Below the pieces are notes generated by a model. The model ran no database searches, had not been told where the DNA came from, and saw only the letters and a program-made list of their open reading frames with translations. Positions 20,573 to 35,344 of a stretch of 64,000 nucleotides of DNA are shown here, in pieces (within the stretch, counting starts at the first letter, position 1; every line of letters starts with the position of its first letter). The translations under genes were made by a program, and so were the position numbers. Source of the stretch: Alphaproteobacteria bacterium. Lineage in GTDB: Bacteria; Pseudomonadota; Alphaproteobacteria; SP197. Where the stretch lies: contig OZ219918.1 in assembly GCA_964291415.2 (NCBI GenBank), forward strand, positions 480,001-544,000, written 5' to 3'.

Positions 20573-21400
20573 TTACATGATGATTTGGTCAACGAGGTGC
20601 GCCTTGTGGTCGAAACAGCCGGCCACCAGCCTTCGTTGCCTTCCACCATCGAGCGATGCCCGGTAGGCGCCGATGTCGACGCCACGCTGGTCGGGATCGA
20701 AGCCGCGGACCACGTAACGGATGTTGCCGTAGGGCTTGCTCAAGGCATGAAATCCTCCCGGATTCCACCAGAAGGCATCGGACTGGATCTCGAGAGGCCG
20801 CCCGGGATCGAGTCCGGCGTGCACGAACAACAACGTACGGTCGGCGGTCAGGCAGGCCCGCTTGAGATGACTCATCAGCGCGCTATGCCCAGGACGGCGG
20901 TGCATGGCTTCCCTCAGCCGGGTGGTCCAGGTCATCAGGGCCTGGGTTCCGCGGCCGGCAGCCTGCAACCCCTGGTCGGCCGAGTGCCCGTAGGATTCGA
21001 TGGCGTCCGAAATCCCATGGTCCAGCATCCAGGCCAGCACGCCGGCAGCGTCGACCGCCAGGTGAAGTTGCTGGAGCCTGTGCCACATCTCTTCCTGACT
21101 GCCGCGGAGAAACACGATGTCCCCGGGCGCCATGCCGCGCATGGCGAGAATTGCCCGGCGAAAGGCGATCAGTTCGTCAAGCGTACCGGCGGGATCCTCG
21201 CCATCTCCAAGGTAGTTGCCAAGGTAGACGAGACGATCGCCAAAACGGAACCGATCGACGAGGACGTCATGCAGGGCAATGAGGTTCTTGCGCCGGCCGT
21301 TGATCGACGCGACGGCCCAGATACGCCGCCAGCTTCCGAAGACGGCGAACCGGTCGGGGTCAAGTGCAGATGTCGCCTCTCTCTCCCGTGGCGTGATCAT
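20573..21400 (-). CDS. Metallophosphoesterase-fold (Ser/Thr phosphatase-like) protein with degenerate metal ligands
   Basis: The layout follows the PPP/PrpA family (ASING, YLGNYLG, FLRGSQEEM, FVHAG, VVRG), but the key Asp/His residues are replaced. Confidence 0.7.
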   Translation of the reverse strand: MITPREREATSALDPDRFAVFGSWRRIWAVASINGRRKNLIALHDVLVDRFRFGDRLVYLGNYLGDGEDPAGTLDELIAFRRAILAMRGMAPGDIVFLRGSQEEMWHRLQQLHLAVDAAGVLAWMLDHGISDAIESYGHSADQGLQAAGRGTQALMTWTTRLREAMHRRPGHSALMSHLKRACLTADRTLLFVHAGLDPGRPLEIQSDAFWWNPGGFHALSKPYGNIRYVVRGFDPDQRGVDIGAYRASLDGGRQRRLVAGCFDHKAHLVDQIIM

Positions 21401-21445
21401 GAGATCCTCCGATGAGGACCGAAAGCACACAAGGAGTAGTAGTAG

Positions 21446-21946
21446 TCAGGCGGCCCGCAGGGATTTCTCGATCTTGCCTTCCGCCTGATCCTGCTTGACA
21501 CCCTCGACAGCCGCCAACTCGCGCGACAGTCGATCAAGCGCGGCTTCGTAGAGTTGCCGTTCGCTGTAGGATTGCTCGGGCTCGCCAACCCTGACGTGAA
21601 GGTCGCGTACGACCTCGGCGATGGAGACAGGGTCACCGGAGTTGATCTTGGCCTCGTACTCCTGGGCACGTCTGCTCCACATGGATCGCTGTTTGCGGGC
21701 CCGCCCTTTCAGGGTGGTGAGCGCGCTCTTCATGATATCCTTTGACGAGAGCTTGCGCATGCCGGAAGAGGAGAGCTTGGCCAAGGGAACGTGCAGGATC
21801 ATCTTGTCCTGTTCGAAGTTGACGACCACCATTTCGAGGCAGGCCCCGCCGATCGTCTGGGTTTCCACCTTTTCGACCTTGCCAAGACCATGTGTCGGAT
21901 ACACAACGTGATCACCGGGTTTGAGATTGAGCTGTTCACTTGTCAT
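21446..21946 (-). CDS. carD: CarD/CdnL family RNA polymerase-binding regulator
   Basis: GDHVVYPTHGLG, MWSRRAQEYEAKINSGD, EQSYSERQLYE. Confidence 0.95.
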   Translation of the reverse strand: MTSEQLNLKPGDHVVYPTHGLGKVEKVETQTIGGACLEMVVVNFEQDKMILHVPLAKLSSSGMRKLSSKDIMKSALTTLKGRARKQRSMWSRRAQEYEAKINSGDPVSIAEVVRDLHVRVGEPEQSYSERQLYEAALDRLSRELAAVEGVKQDQAEGKIEKSLRAA

Positions 21947-22290
21947 TGTCGGATAACCTGCTGACCCTTTCTTCTTCCTTGATCATTGCCCCGGGCACCG
22001 CGCACGACATCACGGCGCCGACACCGCACTCTGTCATCAGTGATCCCGACTGCCGGGACGACACCAAGGCCTTGCCACCGGTCCCGGGGTGAGGGAGCCG
22101 CGAATCTAGCAGAAAGACAGCCTGAAGGGAAGTCCCCGCTTGCGATATGGCTCCCATGCCGCCGGACTCGAAGGGGCGCCCGCGTGGTCTGAGGACCACC
22201 TGTCGGACCACGGGAAAAGTCGTGCTCGGGTGCCGGCGCCCATCGGGCGTGCCGGGCTGGCGGCAGGAGTGAGCAGGTGACGACGGATGC

Positions 22291-22623
22291 TCAACCGTCA
22301 CCCGGATTGGGGCTGAAATACTTCTTCTTGTCCTTCACGTCGCGCCATTCGTCGGAATCGGCAGGGTGATCCTTCTGGCGGGTGATGTTGGGCCAGACTT
22401 CCGCATACTCCCTGTTGACCTCCAGCCACTCCTCGAGGCCGGGGTCGGTGTCGGGCTTGATCGCATCCACCGGGCATTCGGGCTCGCACACCCCGCAATC
22501 GATGCATTCGTCCGGGTGGATCACCAGCATGTTCTCACCTTCGTAGAAGCAGTCCACGGGGCAGACCTCGACGCAGTCGGTCAGCTTGCACCGTATGCAG
22601 GACTCAACAACGATGTAGGTCAT
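22291..22623 (-). CDS. fdxA: 7Fe ferredoxin FdxA
   Basis: [51 protein letters not shown]. Lies upstream of carD, as is typical. Confidence 0.95.
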   Translation of the reverse strand: MTYIVVESCIRCKLTDCVEVCPVDCFYEGENMLVIHPDECIDCGVCEPECPVDAIKPDTDPGLEEWLEVNREYAEVWPNITRQKDHPADSDEWRDVKDKKKYFSPNPGDG

Positions 22624-22700
22624 GAAGATCTCCACGCCCTGGACTGACAAGAAGGTGATGGTCGGGTCGTCAAGGTTATCTGGGACTTCCACGTCGACCG

Positions 22701-23180
22701 TCAAGTGGGAGGAGTAGACTCCAATCGTGCCAGGCATGCCTGGGCGCGACGCCGTGCCAGCGCCCGGTCGCCGTCATCGATGTGCAGCAGGCCGGCGATT
22801 CTGCGCACCAGCGAATCCTCGTAGGCATGGAGTTCACCGTCGGCGAGAACCACCTGCCACAGCCGCTGCATCATGCTCAACCGCTCCGCGGCATCGAACT
22901 CTGCCTTGAGAACCCTCGTGAACCGGTGCCAGCACACCGCATCGCCAGCGATCCGTGTGGCCTCGTCGACAAGGACCTGCACTTCACCGGTGTCGAGATC
23001 GAAGTGATCTTCGAGCACGTCGTGAATGTGCTGCATCTCGCGGTCATCGACGTGGCCGTCGACCAATGCCGCCTCGACGAGGATGCAGGCCGATGCCATG
23101 CGCAACTCGTCCTCGGGTGACGGCGTCGGGGACGTGTCGGACGCACCCATGTCAAGGAGTTTTCTGATCCGGGCGAACAT
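22701..23180 (-). CDS. TerB-family (tellurite resistance-like) protein
   Basis: [15 protein letters not shown]...[26 protein letters not shown]. Confidence 0.85.
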   Translation of the reverse strand: MFARIRKLLDMGASDTSPTPSPEDELRMASACILVEAALVDGHVDDREMQHIHDVLEDHFDLDTGEVQVLVDEATRIAGDAVCWHRFTRVLKAEFDAAERLSMMQRLWQVVLADGELHAYEDSLVRRIAGLLHIDDGDRALARRRAQACLARLESTPPT

Positions 23181-23217
23181 CTTAAGGATGCGTCATGGCA
23201 GAAAGACTCCGCCGCGG

Positions 23218-23495
23218 TCAAGTTGGACAATCGGGCGGCGTCAGGTCCTCGTAGAGTTCCGCTGCCTCCCGGGCGGGCCCCCGCCGGGTCGAGATGGCGA
23301 TCACCCGGATGACACGCACGCGGCGATTCTGCGGGAAAGTGAGGATGTCACCCGGATGAAGTGTGCCGTGGGACTTGGTGACCCGCCGCCGGTTGAGCCG
23401 CAAGCGGCCGCTCGCCACGAGTTGTGTCGCCATGGACCTGGTCTTGAAGAACCGGGCATGCCACAGCCACCTGTCGATGCGCATGGCGACGGTGT

Positions 23496-23499
<4 letters not shown>
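23218..23499 (-). CDS. hslR: S4 RNA-binding protein (Hsp15/HslR)
   Basis: RIDRWLWHARFFKTRS...RRGPAREAAELY. Confidence 0.9.
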
Positions 23500-25967
<2,468 letters not shown>

Positions 25968-26224
25968 GGCGGCACCTTCACCGTGAAGCGGATCAGTTGC
26001 AAGGAGTCTCTCGGCCCTTGCCGCACCATGCGCCCGCGTCTATGTCAACGGTGCTGCGTCTCTGCAGGGGAATGGGCCATGAATCTCCGTACCGACTTCA
26101 CAGGCAGGGGCCAGCTGGCGGCACCGGATGGCGCCATGACCCGCCATCAGGAAGCGGGTGCTGCCCACGGATGCACCGGGCCCGGTCGGGTGCTATCGTG
26201 AGGCGGGCAGGCAAAGGGATGTGC

Positions 26225-26983
26225 ATGGTTGCGGCAAGGGGGATTCTGGCTCTCGTCATCATGGCGACTCTGGCTGCCTGCGGCACGGATGACCCGGACA
26301 CCTACGTGGAGAGACCGGTCGAGGAGATCTACAACAATGCGGTCAACCTGCTCGAGGCGGGAGAACGCGGCCTCGCGGTGGCCGAATTCGAGGAAGTCGA
26401 GCGCCAGCATCCCTATTCGCAATGGGCGAAGCATGCCCAGGTCATGTCCGCGTATGCCAGTTATCTGCAAGGCGATTTCGACGCGGCAGTTGCCTCCGCT
26501 TCTCGATTCATCGAATCCCATCCGGGCAACGAGAACGCGGTCTACGCCTATTATCTCATTGCCCAGAGCTACTACGAACGCATTTCGGACGTGGAACGCG
26601 ACCAGCGCATGGCCGAAAAGTCGCGGGATGCCTTTCTCGAACTGCTGCGGCTCTTCCCGGATTCGCCATACAGCCGCGATGCCACTCTCAAGCTGGAATT
26701 GACCCTCGACCACCTCGCCGGCAAGGAGATGGACATCGGCCGCTGGTACCAGCGTCGCGGCGCCTACATCGCGTCTGTCAATCGGTTCAGCACGGTCATC
26801 GATAACTACCAGACGACATCCCATGTCCCCGAGGCGCTGTTCCGCCTCGTGGAGACATACCTGGCGCTCGGACTCGTTCTCCAGGCGCGTGAATCAGCGG
26901 CGGTTCTTGCTCACAACTATCCCGGCAGCATCTGGTACGAGGATGCCTGGTCATTGCTGGCCCAGCACCAGTTGCTTCCCTGA
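26225..26983 (+). CDS. bamD: Outer membrane protein assembly factor BamD (lipoprotein)
   Basis: Lipobox LAAC, FEEVERQHPYSQWA, RDQ, DHLAGKEMDIGRWY, TTSHVPEAL. Lies upstream of recN. Confidence 0.93.
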   Translation: MVAARGILALVIMATLAACGTDDPDTYVERPVEEIYNNAVNLLEAGERGLAVAEFEEVERQHPYSQWAKHAQVMSAYASYLQGDFDAAVASASRFIESHPGNENAVYAYYLIAQSYYERISDVERDQRMAEKSRDAFLELLRLFPDSPYSRDATLKLELTLDHLAGKEMDIGRWYQRRGAYIASVNRFSTVIDNYQTTSHVPEALFRLVETYLALGLVLQARESAAVLAHNYPGSIWYEDAWSLLAQHQLLP

Positions 26984-27034
26984 GGCGGTGATGCCCGGCC
27001 CCGCACAGATGCATGAGGTGATCCGGCCATCGTC

Positions 27035-28687
27035 ATGCTGACTTCGCTCAGTGTCCGCAATCTGGCGGTCATCGAACGCATCGATCTCGAGTTCGGCAAT
27101 GGGCTGACGGTTCTCACCGGTGAAACCGGAGCCGGCAAGTCCATTCTTCTCGATGCACTGGGGCTGGTCATCGGCCGCCGTGCAGACATCTCCATGATCC
27201 GGCCCGGTGCCGAGAAGGCGTCGGTGACGGCCACCTTCCGCATCGGCCGGGAGAGCGCCGTCATCGGCATGCTCGAAGAGCGCGGCATCGAATGCGACGA
27301 GGAACTCGTCGTCCGTCGGCAGGTCAGGGCGGATGGCCGCAGTCTTGCCCATGCCAATGACGAGGTCATCGGCGTGACGCTCCTGAGGGAGATTGGCGAT
27401 CACATCGTCGAGTGCCATGGTCAGCAGGACCAGCGCGGATTGTTGAGGCCTGCGACCCACCGGATGCTGCTCGATGCCTTCGCCGACAACCGGGAGACCG
27501 TCGACGGGGTCGGCCAGGCCTTTGCAGCATGGCAGGAGGCGAAGCAGAAGCTGGAGAGCCTCGAATCCGACCAGGCCGGACGACAGGAGACAGCGGACGC
27601 CCTTGCCGGCGATCTCCGTGACCTCGAGATGCTTGATCCCGGCGAGGACGAGGAGGACATCCTCGCAGCCACGCGAACCAGGCTCGCCAACAGCCGCAAT
27701 GTGGCCGAGGCAATGGACATCGCGGCAGCGGCGCTCTCCGGAGATCATGGTGTCGATGACGGACTCGCCACCGCCAGCGCTGCGCTGGTGCGGATCAGGG
27801 ACGTCGCCGGCGGTCTTGTCGATGATGCCCTTGACGCCGTCGACCGCGCCCTGGTCGAGACCGCGGAGGCCTCGTCCGCCCTGGCGCGTGCGGCTGCGGG
27901 ACTCGAGGACGAAGCCGACCGGCTCGACGAGATCGAAGAGCGCCTGTTCGCCCTGAAGAGCGCCGCACGGCGCCACCGGACAACGGTGGCCGGCCTCCTT
28001 GAGGTGCGCGAGCGCCTTGCTCGCGATCTTGCGGCGGTGGAGGGTCTTGAGGCGGAGATGATCGCCGCCAGGGAGGATGAGGCCCGGCTGCGGGACGTGT
28101 TCCGGGGTGCCTGCGATGTTCTCGGACAACGTCGCCGCAAGGCGGCGCTTTCCCTCGATGCCGCAGTGACGGCGGAACTGGCGCCGCTGAGGATGGACCA
28201 TGCCGTGTTCACCACCCGCCTCGAGACGCGGGAGGCCGCCGGATGGGGCGCCGACGGCGCCGAGACCGTGCAGTTCACGGTGGTGACGACACCCGGGGCC
28301 GCTCCCGGCCCGCTCGGCAGGATCGCCTCGGGAGGCGAGCTGTCACGATTCATGCTCGCCCTCAGAGTCGCCGGACAGGGCGACGAGCCGGCCGGCACCC
28401 TCATCTTCGACGAGATTGACAGCGGTGTGGGTGGCGCGGTCTCGGACGCAATCGGCGAACGGCTGCGCCGGCTCGGTCAGCGCACCCAGGTTCTCGTCGT
28501 GACCCATGCTCCCCAGGTGGCGGCGCATGCCGACCACCACGTACTGCTTTCCAGGGACGATGCGGCCGTTGCCGAGGCGCGGACGCTTTCAGGCAACGAT
28601 CGCCGGGAGGAACTGGCCCGCATGCTTGCCGGGGCCCACATTACCGAGGAATCCCGCGCCGCCGCCGCAAGCCTCCTCAAGCCATGA
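27035..28687 (+). CDS. recN: DNA repair protein RecN
   Basis: TGETGAGKS, ASGGELSRFML, FDEIDSGVGG, VTHAPQVAA. Confidence 0.96.
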   Translation: MLTSLSVRNLAVIERIDLEFGNGLTVLTGETGAGKSILLDALGLVIGRRADISMIRPGAEKASVTATFRIGRESAVIGMLEERGIECDEELVVRRQVRADGRSLAHANDEVIGVTLLREIGDHIVECHGQQDQRGLLRPATHRMLLDAFADNRETVDGVGQAFAAWQEAKQKLESLESDQAGRQETADALAGDLRDLEMLDPGEDEEDILAATRTRLANSRNVAEAMDIAAAALSGDHGVDDGLATASAALVRIRDVAGGLVDDALDAVDRALVETAEASSALARAAAGLEDEADRLDEIEERLFALKSAARRHRTTVAGLLEVRERLARDLAAVEGLEAEMIAAREDEARLRDVFRGACDVLGQRRRKAALSLDAAVTAELAPLRMDHAVFTTRLETREAAGWGADGAETVQFTVVTTPGAAPGPLGRIASGGELSRFMLALRVAGQGDEPAGTLIFDEIDSGVGGAVSDAIGERLRRLGQRTQVLVVTHAPQVAAHADHHVLLSRDDAAVAEARTLSGNDRREELARMLAGAHITEESRAAAASLLKP

Positions 28688-28858
28688 GACAACAAGGTGG
28701 TAGGATCTGAAGCTCTCGACAGCGGGAAGCAGGGGACCACACAACAGGTGTTTCGGGGAACTCCAGCGGGTGATTCGGCGGGTTTGAAAGGCAGCCGATG
28801 TGGACGACTATGCGGAAGACCTGCACAGCAGCGCCTTCGGGAAGGGATCGTGTTGTGA

Positions 28859-31003
<2,145 letters not shown>

Positions 31004-31007
31004 CGCG

Positions 31008-31775
31008 TCAGTCGAACTGCGAGAAATCGGGAGGGCGTTTCTCGAGGAAGGCGTTGAAGGCCTCGCGCGCCTCCGGCGACCGGACCGCACCCGCGAACAG
31101 CGGGGTTTCCTCGGCAACAACGGCGCCGAGATCACCGTAGCCGGCCTTCACGCGCGCCTTGGTCAGGCGCAGTGATGCGGCGGGCTTTGCGGCGAGGCGG
31201 CGGGTGATGCGAAGGCTTTCGGCTTCGAGGATGTCTGCTTCGAAAACACCGTTGACCATGCCGATGTCACGGGCGGTCGCGGCATCGAAGGCGTCAGCGA
31301 GCAGCATCAGTTCCATGGCGCGCTGGTGGCCGGCAAGGCGCGGCAGCAGGACCGTGGAGGCTGCTTCCGGGAAGACGCCAAGATCGACGAAGGGAAAGCG
31401 GAACGTGGCGCCGGCCGCGGCGTGAACGAGGTCGCAGTGAAGCAGCATCGTTGCACCCACACCCACCGCCAGTCCGTTGACGGCGGCGACAAGCGGCACC
31501 TCGAGTGCAGCCAGGGCGTGAAGGAAGCCGCCGGCGCCGGGGAGGCGGTCTCCCGACTGCTCCTCGAGAAAGGAACCGACGTCGTTGCCGCTTGAGAAGG
31601 AATCACCGCTCCCGGTGATCCAGATGGCCTTGACCCTGCGGTCGTCGTTGGCGCCGTTGAATGCCGCCTCGAGCATCCCGTACATCTCGCGGGTCAGCGC
31701 GTTCTTCTTGTGTGGCCGGCTGAGACGGATCTGCAGGATGCCGTCAGCCGTCGCCGTCACGATGTCCTGGCTCAT
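31008..31775 (-). CDS. Enoyl-CoA hydratase/isomerase family protein
   Basis: RPHKKNALT, FSSGND, AAVNGLAVGVG, PFVDLGVFPE. Start MSQDIV overlaps the upstream stop. Confidence 0.9.
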   Translation of the reverse strand: MSQDIVTATADGILQIRLSRPHKKNALTREMYGMLEAAFNGANDDRRVKAIWITGSGDSFSSGNDVGSFLEEQSGDRLPGAGGFLHALAALEVPLVAAVNGLAVGVGATMLLHCDLVHAAAGATFRFPFVDLGVFPEAASTVLLPRLAGHQRAMELMLLADAFDAATARDIGMVNGVFEADILEAESLRITRRLAAKPAASLRLTKARVKAGYGDLGAVVAEETPLFAGAVRSPEAREAFNAFLEKRPPDFSQFD

Positions 31776-32668
31776 GATTCCTGTTTTCCTTCGAGGGTCG
31801 GCTTGCCGGTGGCCGCCGGATGGCCGGGCTGTTGCAGGTGAATGAAGGTTACCGAGGCCATGACGAGCAGACCACCGGCAATGATCCAGGGCGAGAGGGC
31901 TTCGCCGAGAAAGAAGACGCCGCCGGCAATGCTCGTCACCGGAACCAGCAGCAGGAACGGCACGATCTGGTTCATCCGGTAACGGCCGATCAGGCGGAAC
32001 CACAGGGCGTAGCCCGTCGCCGTCATGAAGATGGCAAGGTAGACGACGGCCAGCCAGCCGGACCACGATGCCTGGCGTACGGCCTGCCACTGGCCGCTCT
32101 CCACCACAAGGGACGCCACCAGCATTTGCGGACCGGCGAAGGCGGCAAACCAGGCGACCAGCCGCAATCCGCCGACCGGTCCCAGGGTTTTCACCATGGT
32201 CTGGCCGGCGGCCCAGGCAACGCCCCCGGCCACCACCATGAGGAAGGCCAGGGGTTCGGTGTGCACCCGGGGTTCGCCGGCGATCAGCGCCACGCCGGCA
32301 AAGGCCAGCACCATGGCGCACCACTGCTGGCGTGACAGGTGATCGTGAAAGAAGACGCTCGCCATGATGGCGGCGAAGACGACCTCTACCTGTACCACGA
32401 GGACGGCGGTGGAGGCATCGAGATCAACGAGGCCCGTGAACTGCAGTCCGTAGGCGAGGGTGCCGCCGAAGAAGGTGACCAGCGCCAGGCGTCCGGCCAT
32501 GTTCCACAGCGGCCTGACGAACCACACGAGGATCAGGGCCGCCAGGGTGAAGCGCATGCCCATGAGCAGGATTGGCGGAAATTCGTCGAGCGATCCCTTG
32601 GCCACGGCGAAGCCTGCACCCCACAGGACCGGCACGGTGACCGCGATGACGAGATCAACAGGTTTCAT
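31772..32668 (-). CDS. EamA/DMT family transporter
   Basis: About 10 hydrophobic helices, with LWGAGF, PPILLMGMRF and LLVPV motifs. Confidence 0.88.
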   Translation of the reverse strand: MKPVDLVIAVTVPVLWGAGFAVAKGSLDEFPPILLMGMRFTLAALILVWFVRPLWNMAGRLALVTFFGGTLAYGLQFTGLVDLDASTAVLVVQVEVVFAAIMASVFFHDHLSRQQWCAMVLAFAGVALIAGEPRVHTEPLAFLMVVAGGVAWAAGQTMVKTLGPVGGLRLVAWFAAFAGPQMLVASLVVESGQWQAVRQASWSGWLAVVYLAIFMTATGYALWFRLIGRYRMNQIVPFLLLVPVTSIAGGVFFLGEALSPWIIAGGLLVMASVTFIHLQQPGHPAATGKPTLEGKQES

Positions 32669-32769
32669 CGATGAAGGGAGGCGCCGGGTTGACGGACATT
32701 CGTCGCCGGTCTTCGATCCCGATGCAAGCTATAGTGACGATGGCTGAACATGCACCGGGGGAACCTGGC

Positions 32770-33216
32770 ATGCTGAAACTGACTGGGATCGTGGGCATGG
32801 CGTCCGATGCCGCTCTCGGCGGGCGACTGCATGACCTTGCCCACGAAGACCTGGTCGAGACCATCGTCCTCGACCGCCGCGACATGCTGCGCAAGAGACT
32901 GCGCACCGTCACCGACAAGGGCACCGACTGCGCCATCGCACTGCCGCGCACCACCGCCCTTGACGACGGCGCCGTGCTGTTGCTCGAGGCGAAACGCGCG
33001 ATCGTCGTCAGGGCCAGCGTCGAGACGTGGCTGCACGTGAAGCCTGCCGATGCGGCGGCGGCCCTCGAACTGGGCTACCATGCAGGCAATCTCCACTGGC
33101 GCGTCGCCTTCCGCGGTCCACTCCTTGCCATCGCCCTGGAGGGCCCGCGCAAGGACTATCTCGCCCGCCTCGATGCCTTTCTTGCCGACGGCCGGATTGC
33201 CTTGGTGGATGACTGA
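32770..33216 (+). CDS. ureE: Urease accessory protein UreE (no His-rich tail)
   Basis: RKRLRTVTDKG...LDDGAVL...LELGYHAGNLHW. First gene of the ureEFGD run. Confidence 0.82.
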   Translation: MLKLTGIVGMASDAALGGRLHDLAHEDLVETIVLDRRDMLRKRLRTVTDKGTDCAIALPRTTALDDGAVLLLEAKRAIVVRASVETWLHVKPADAAAALELGYHAGNLHWRVAFRGPLLAIALEGPRKDYLARLDAFLADGRIALVDD

Positions 33217-33880
33217 CGTCCGCACCCTTCTTGCCGCCCTCCGGATGGGCGACAGCGCCTTCCCCTCGGGTGGATTCGCCTTCTCGTGGGGCCTGGAGAC
33301 CCTGGTGGAGGATGGCAAGGTGAGAGACGGCGCCGGGGTCCTGGTTTTCGCCAGGGGCCAGCTCCGGAACCGCTGGGCGACCTCCGACCGGGTCATGGCA
33401 AGGCGGGCGGCACAAACCCGTTGCGACGAGGAGTGGAGTGATCTCGACCGTCTGCAGGACGCCATGACCCTTGCCGGCGAACTGCGCGCCGGGTCATGCC
33501 AGGCGGGTCGCGCCCTGTTGCGTGCCCATGCGGGCCTCGGCAACCCGGTCGCCCTGCGATGGCGCCGCCTCGTCGCCGAGGACCGCGCCCGCGGCCATCT
33601 TCCGGTGGTCCAGGGCGCGGTGTGGGCCGGGTCGGGCATGTCGGTCGAGGTTCTCGAAACCCTGTCGGCCTGGACACTGGCGTCCGGCATTGCCCAGGCT
33701 GCCATCCGGCTCTCCCTGACGGGACCGCTGGAGGCCCAGTCAATTCTGGTCGAGGTGGCGGACGACATCGCCTGCATCCTTTCCGACCCGCCTCCCGACG
33801 AACCCCATGCCTTTACTCCCCTGGCCGACATCGCCGTGATGCGCCACGAAAGGGGGGACGTGCGGCTTTTCGCCAACTGA
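33209..33880 (+). CDS. ureF: Urease accessory protein UreF
   Basis: [21 protein letters not shown]...GPLEAQ, and the C-terminal HE...RLFAN. Confidence 0.92.
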   Translation: MTDVRTLLAALRMGDSAFPSGGFAFSWGLETLVEDGKVRDGAGVLVFARGQLRNRWATSDRVMARRAAQTRCDEEWSDLDRLQDAMTLAGELRAGSCQAGRALLRAHAGLGNPVALRWRRLVAEDRARGHLPVVQGAVWAGSGMSVEVLETLSAWTLASGIAQAAIRLSLTGPLEAQSILVEVADDIACILSDPPPDEPHAFTPLADIAVMRHERGDVRLFAN

Positions 33881-33896
33881 AGGAAAGGACGACAAG

Positions 33897-34517
33897 GTGA
33901 CGGAACCACTCTCTGCGGCACGCGTCGGGATCGGCGGGCCGGTGGGTTCGGGAAAGACAGCGCTGCTCGAACGCCTGATTCCCGCCTTCGCCGGCCGCGG
34001 CACCAGCCTTGCCGTCATCACCAACGATCTCGTGACGCGGGAAGATGCCGAACGGCTGCAGCGCAGTGGTCTGATCGAGCCCCACCGAGTCGTTGCCGTC
34101 GAGGCGGGCGCCTGCCCGCACACGGTCATCCGCGAGGATCCGACGCTCAATCTCGATGCAGCGGAACGACTCGAATTGCGCTTTCACCCCCTCGACCTCG
34201 TGCTGCTCGAATCGGGAGGCGACAACCTGGCATCGACCTTTTCTCCTGAACTCGTCGACTACTGGATCTTCGTCATCGACGTCTCGGGTGGCGGCGACAT
34301 CCCGCGCAAGCGGGGTCCAGGCGTCCTCCAGGCGGACCTCCTCGTGATCAACAAGGCGGATCTGGCGCCCCATGTCGGCGTCGATCTCGCCGCGATGACG
34401 AAGGAGGCGTGCGACGTGCGCCGCGGCAGGCCCGTCATCGTCACCAATTGCCGGACGGGCGAAGCGGTCGATGATGTCGTCGACCACATTGTCCGGAACG
34501 TGCTGTTCGACGGCTGA
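33897..34517 (+). CDS. ureG: Urease accessory GTPase UreG
   Basis: [29 protein letters not shown]. Confidence 0.95.
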   Translation: MTEPLSAARVGIGGPVGSGKTALLERLIPAFAGRGTSLAVITNDLVTREDAERLQRSGLIEPHRVVAVEAGACPHTVIREDPTLNLDAAERLELRFHPLDLVLLESGGDNLASTFSPELVDYWIFVIDVSGGGDIPRKRGPGVLQADLLVINKADLAPHVGVDLAAMTKEACDVRRGRPVIVTNCRTGEAVDDVVDHIVRNVLFDG

Positions 34518-35311
34518 TGAACCGGTCCGCGATGGGACGCGACAGGCAGCTGGTCCTGGATTTCGCGCGGGCGCCTTCAGGCCGGACCTTCCTGAAGAGC
34601 CAGTACGTCGCCTTTCCCTTTCACCTGACCCGTCCGTTTGACGACGGTGACGGGCTGATCGTGATTCTCCAGTCGCTGGGAGCCGGCCTTCTCCAGGGCG
34701 ACCGGTTTGCCGCCGGAATCACGGCTGGCGAGGGGACCACGGTGACGATCCGGACCCAGGGGGCCACCATCGCCCATGCCATGCCGGCCGACGACGCCCT
34801 GCAGCATATCCGTCTCGATGCGCATCCGGGCAGCCGGCTTTTCTGGCAACCGCGCCCGCTGGTGCTGTTCTCCGGCGCCCGGGTCCGTACATCGCTGGAG
34901 GTGGTGGTTCATGACGGCGCGGGCGTCATGTGGTGCGATGCGTTCCTGTCTCACGATGCAGGCGAGACCGGGAAGCCCTTCACGTCCCTTCAGTCGGAGA
35001 CGGTCCTGCGGACCGCTGACGGGAACCTCCTGGTCCTGGACCGCGTGCGAACGTCCGGGAAGGACCTCGCGTGTGCGGGCGTGGCGGTTCACGGCACCAT
35101 CGGCCTGGTTGGCGACAGCGCTGCGACGCCCGGCCTCGCGGATGCCCTCAGCGAGGCGGTAACGCTGTCCGGCGCCTATGCCGGTGTGTCGTCCCTTCCG
35201 GGCGAATGCGGCCTCCTTGTGCGCATTCTGGCGGACGATGGCGCCATGCTGGCGCGCGCGGTGGAGGATGTCGTGGCTGCGGTCGCGCAATGTCCCCGGT
35301 CGGTGCTATAG
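34517..35311 (+). CDS. ureD: Urease accessory protein UreD/UreH
   Basis: FPFHLTRPF, QSLGAGLLQGD, TQGAT, plus its position after ureG. Confidence 0.88.
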   Translation: MNRSAMGRDRQLVLDFARAPSGRTFLKSQYVAFPFHLTRPFDDGDGLIVILQSLGAGLLQGDRFAAGITAGEGTTVTIRTQGATIAHAMPADDALQHIRLDAHPGSRLFWQPRPLVLFSGARVRTSLEVVVHDGAGVMWCDAFLSHDAGETGKPFTSLQSETVLRTADGNLLVLDRVRTSGKDLACAGVAVHGTIGLVGDSAATPGLADALSEAVTLSGAYAGVSSLPGECGLLVRILADDGAMLARAVEDVVAAVAQCPRSVL

Positions 35312-35344
35312 GGAGGCACGCCAGGAGACTTGGGGTAGAGAGGC

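Noticed and set aside
21434-21446. Short (AGT)n repeat downstream of carD
   Set aside because: It has only about four units and is intergenic, too short to suggest phase variation.
22701-23180. Tellurite-resistance or defence island
   Set aside because: It is a lone TerB-like gene within a housekeeping helicase-hslR-fdxA-carD run, with no other ter genes.
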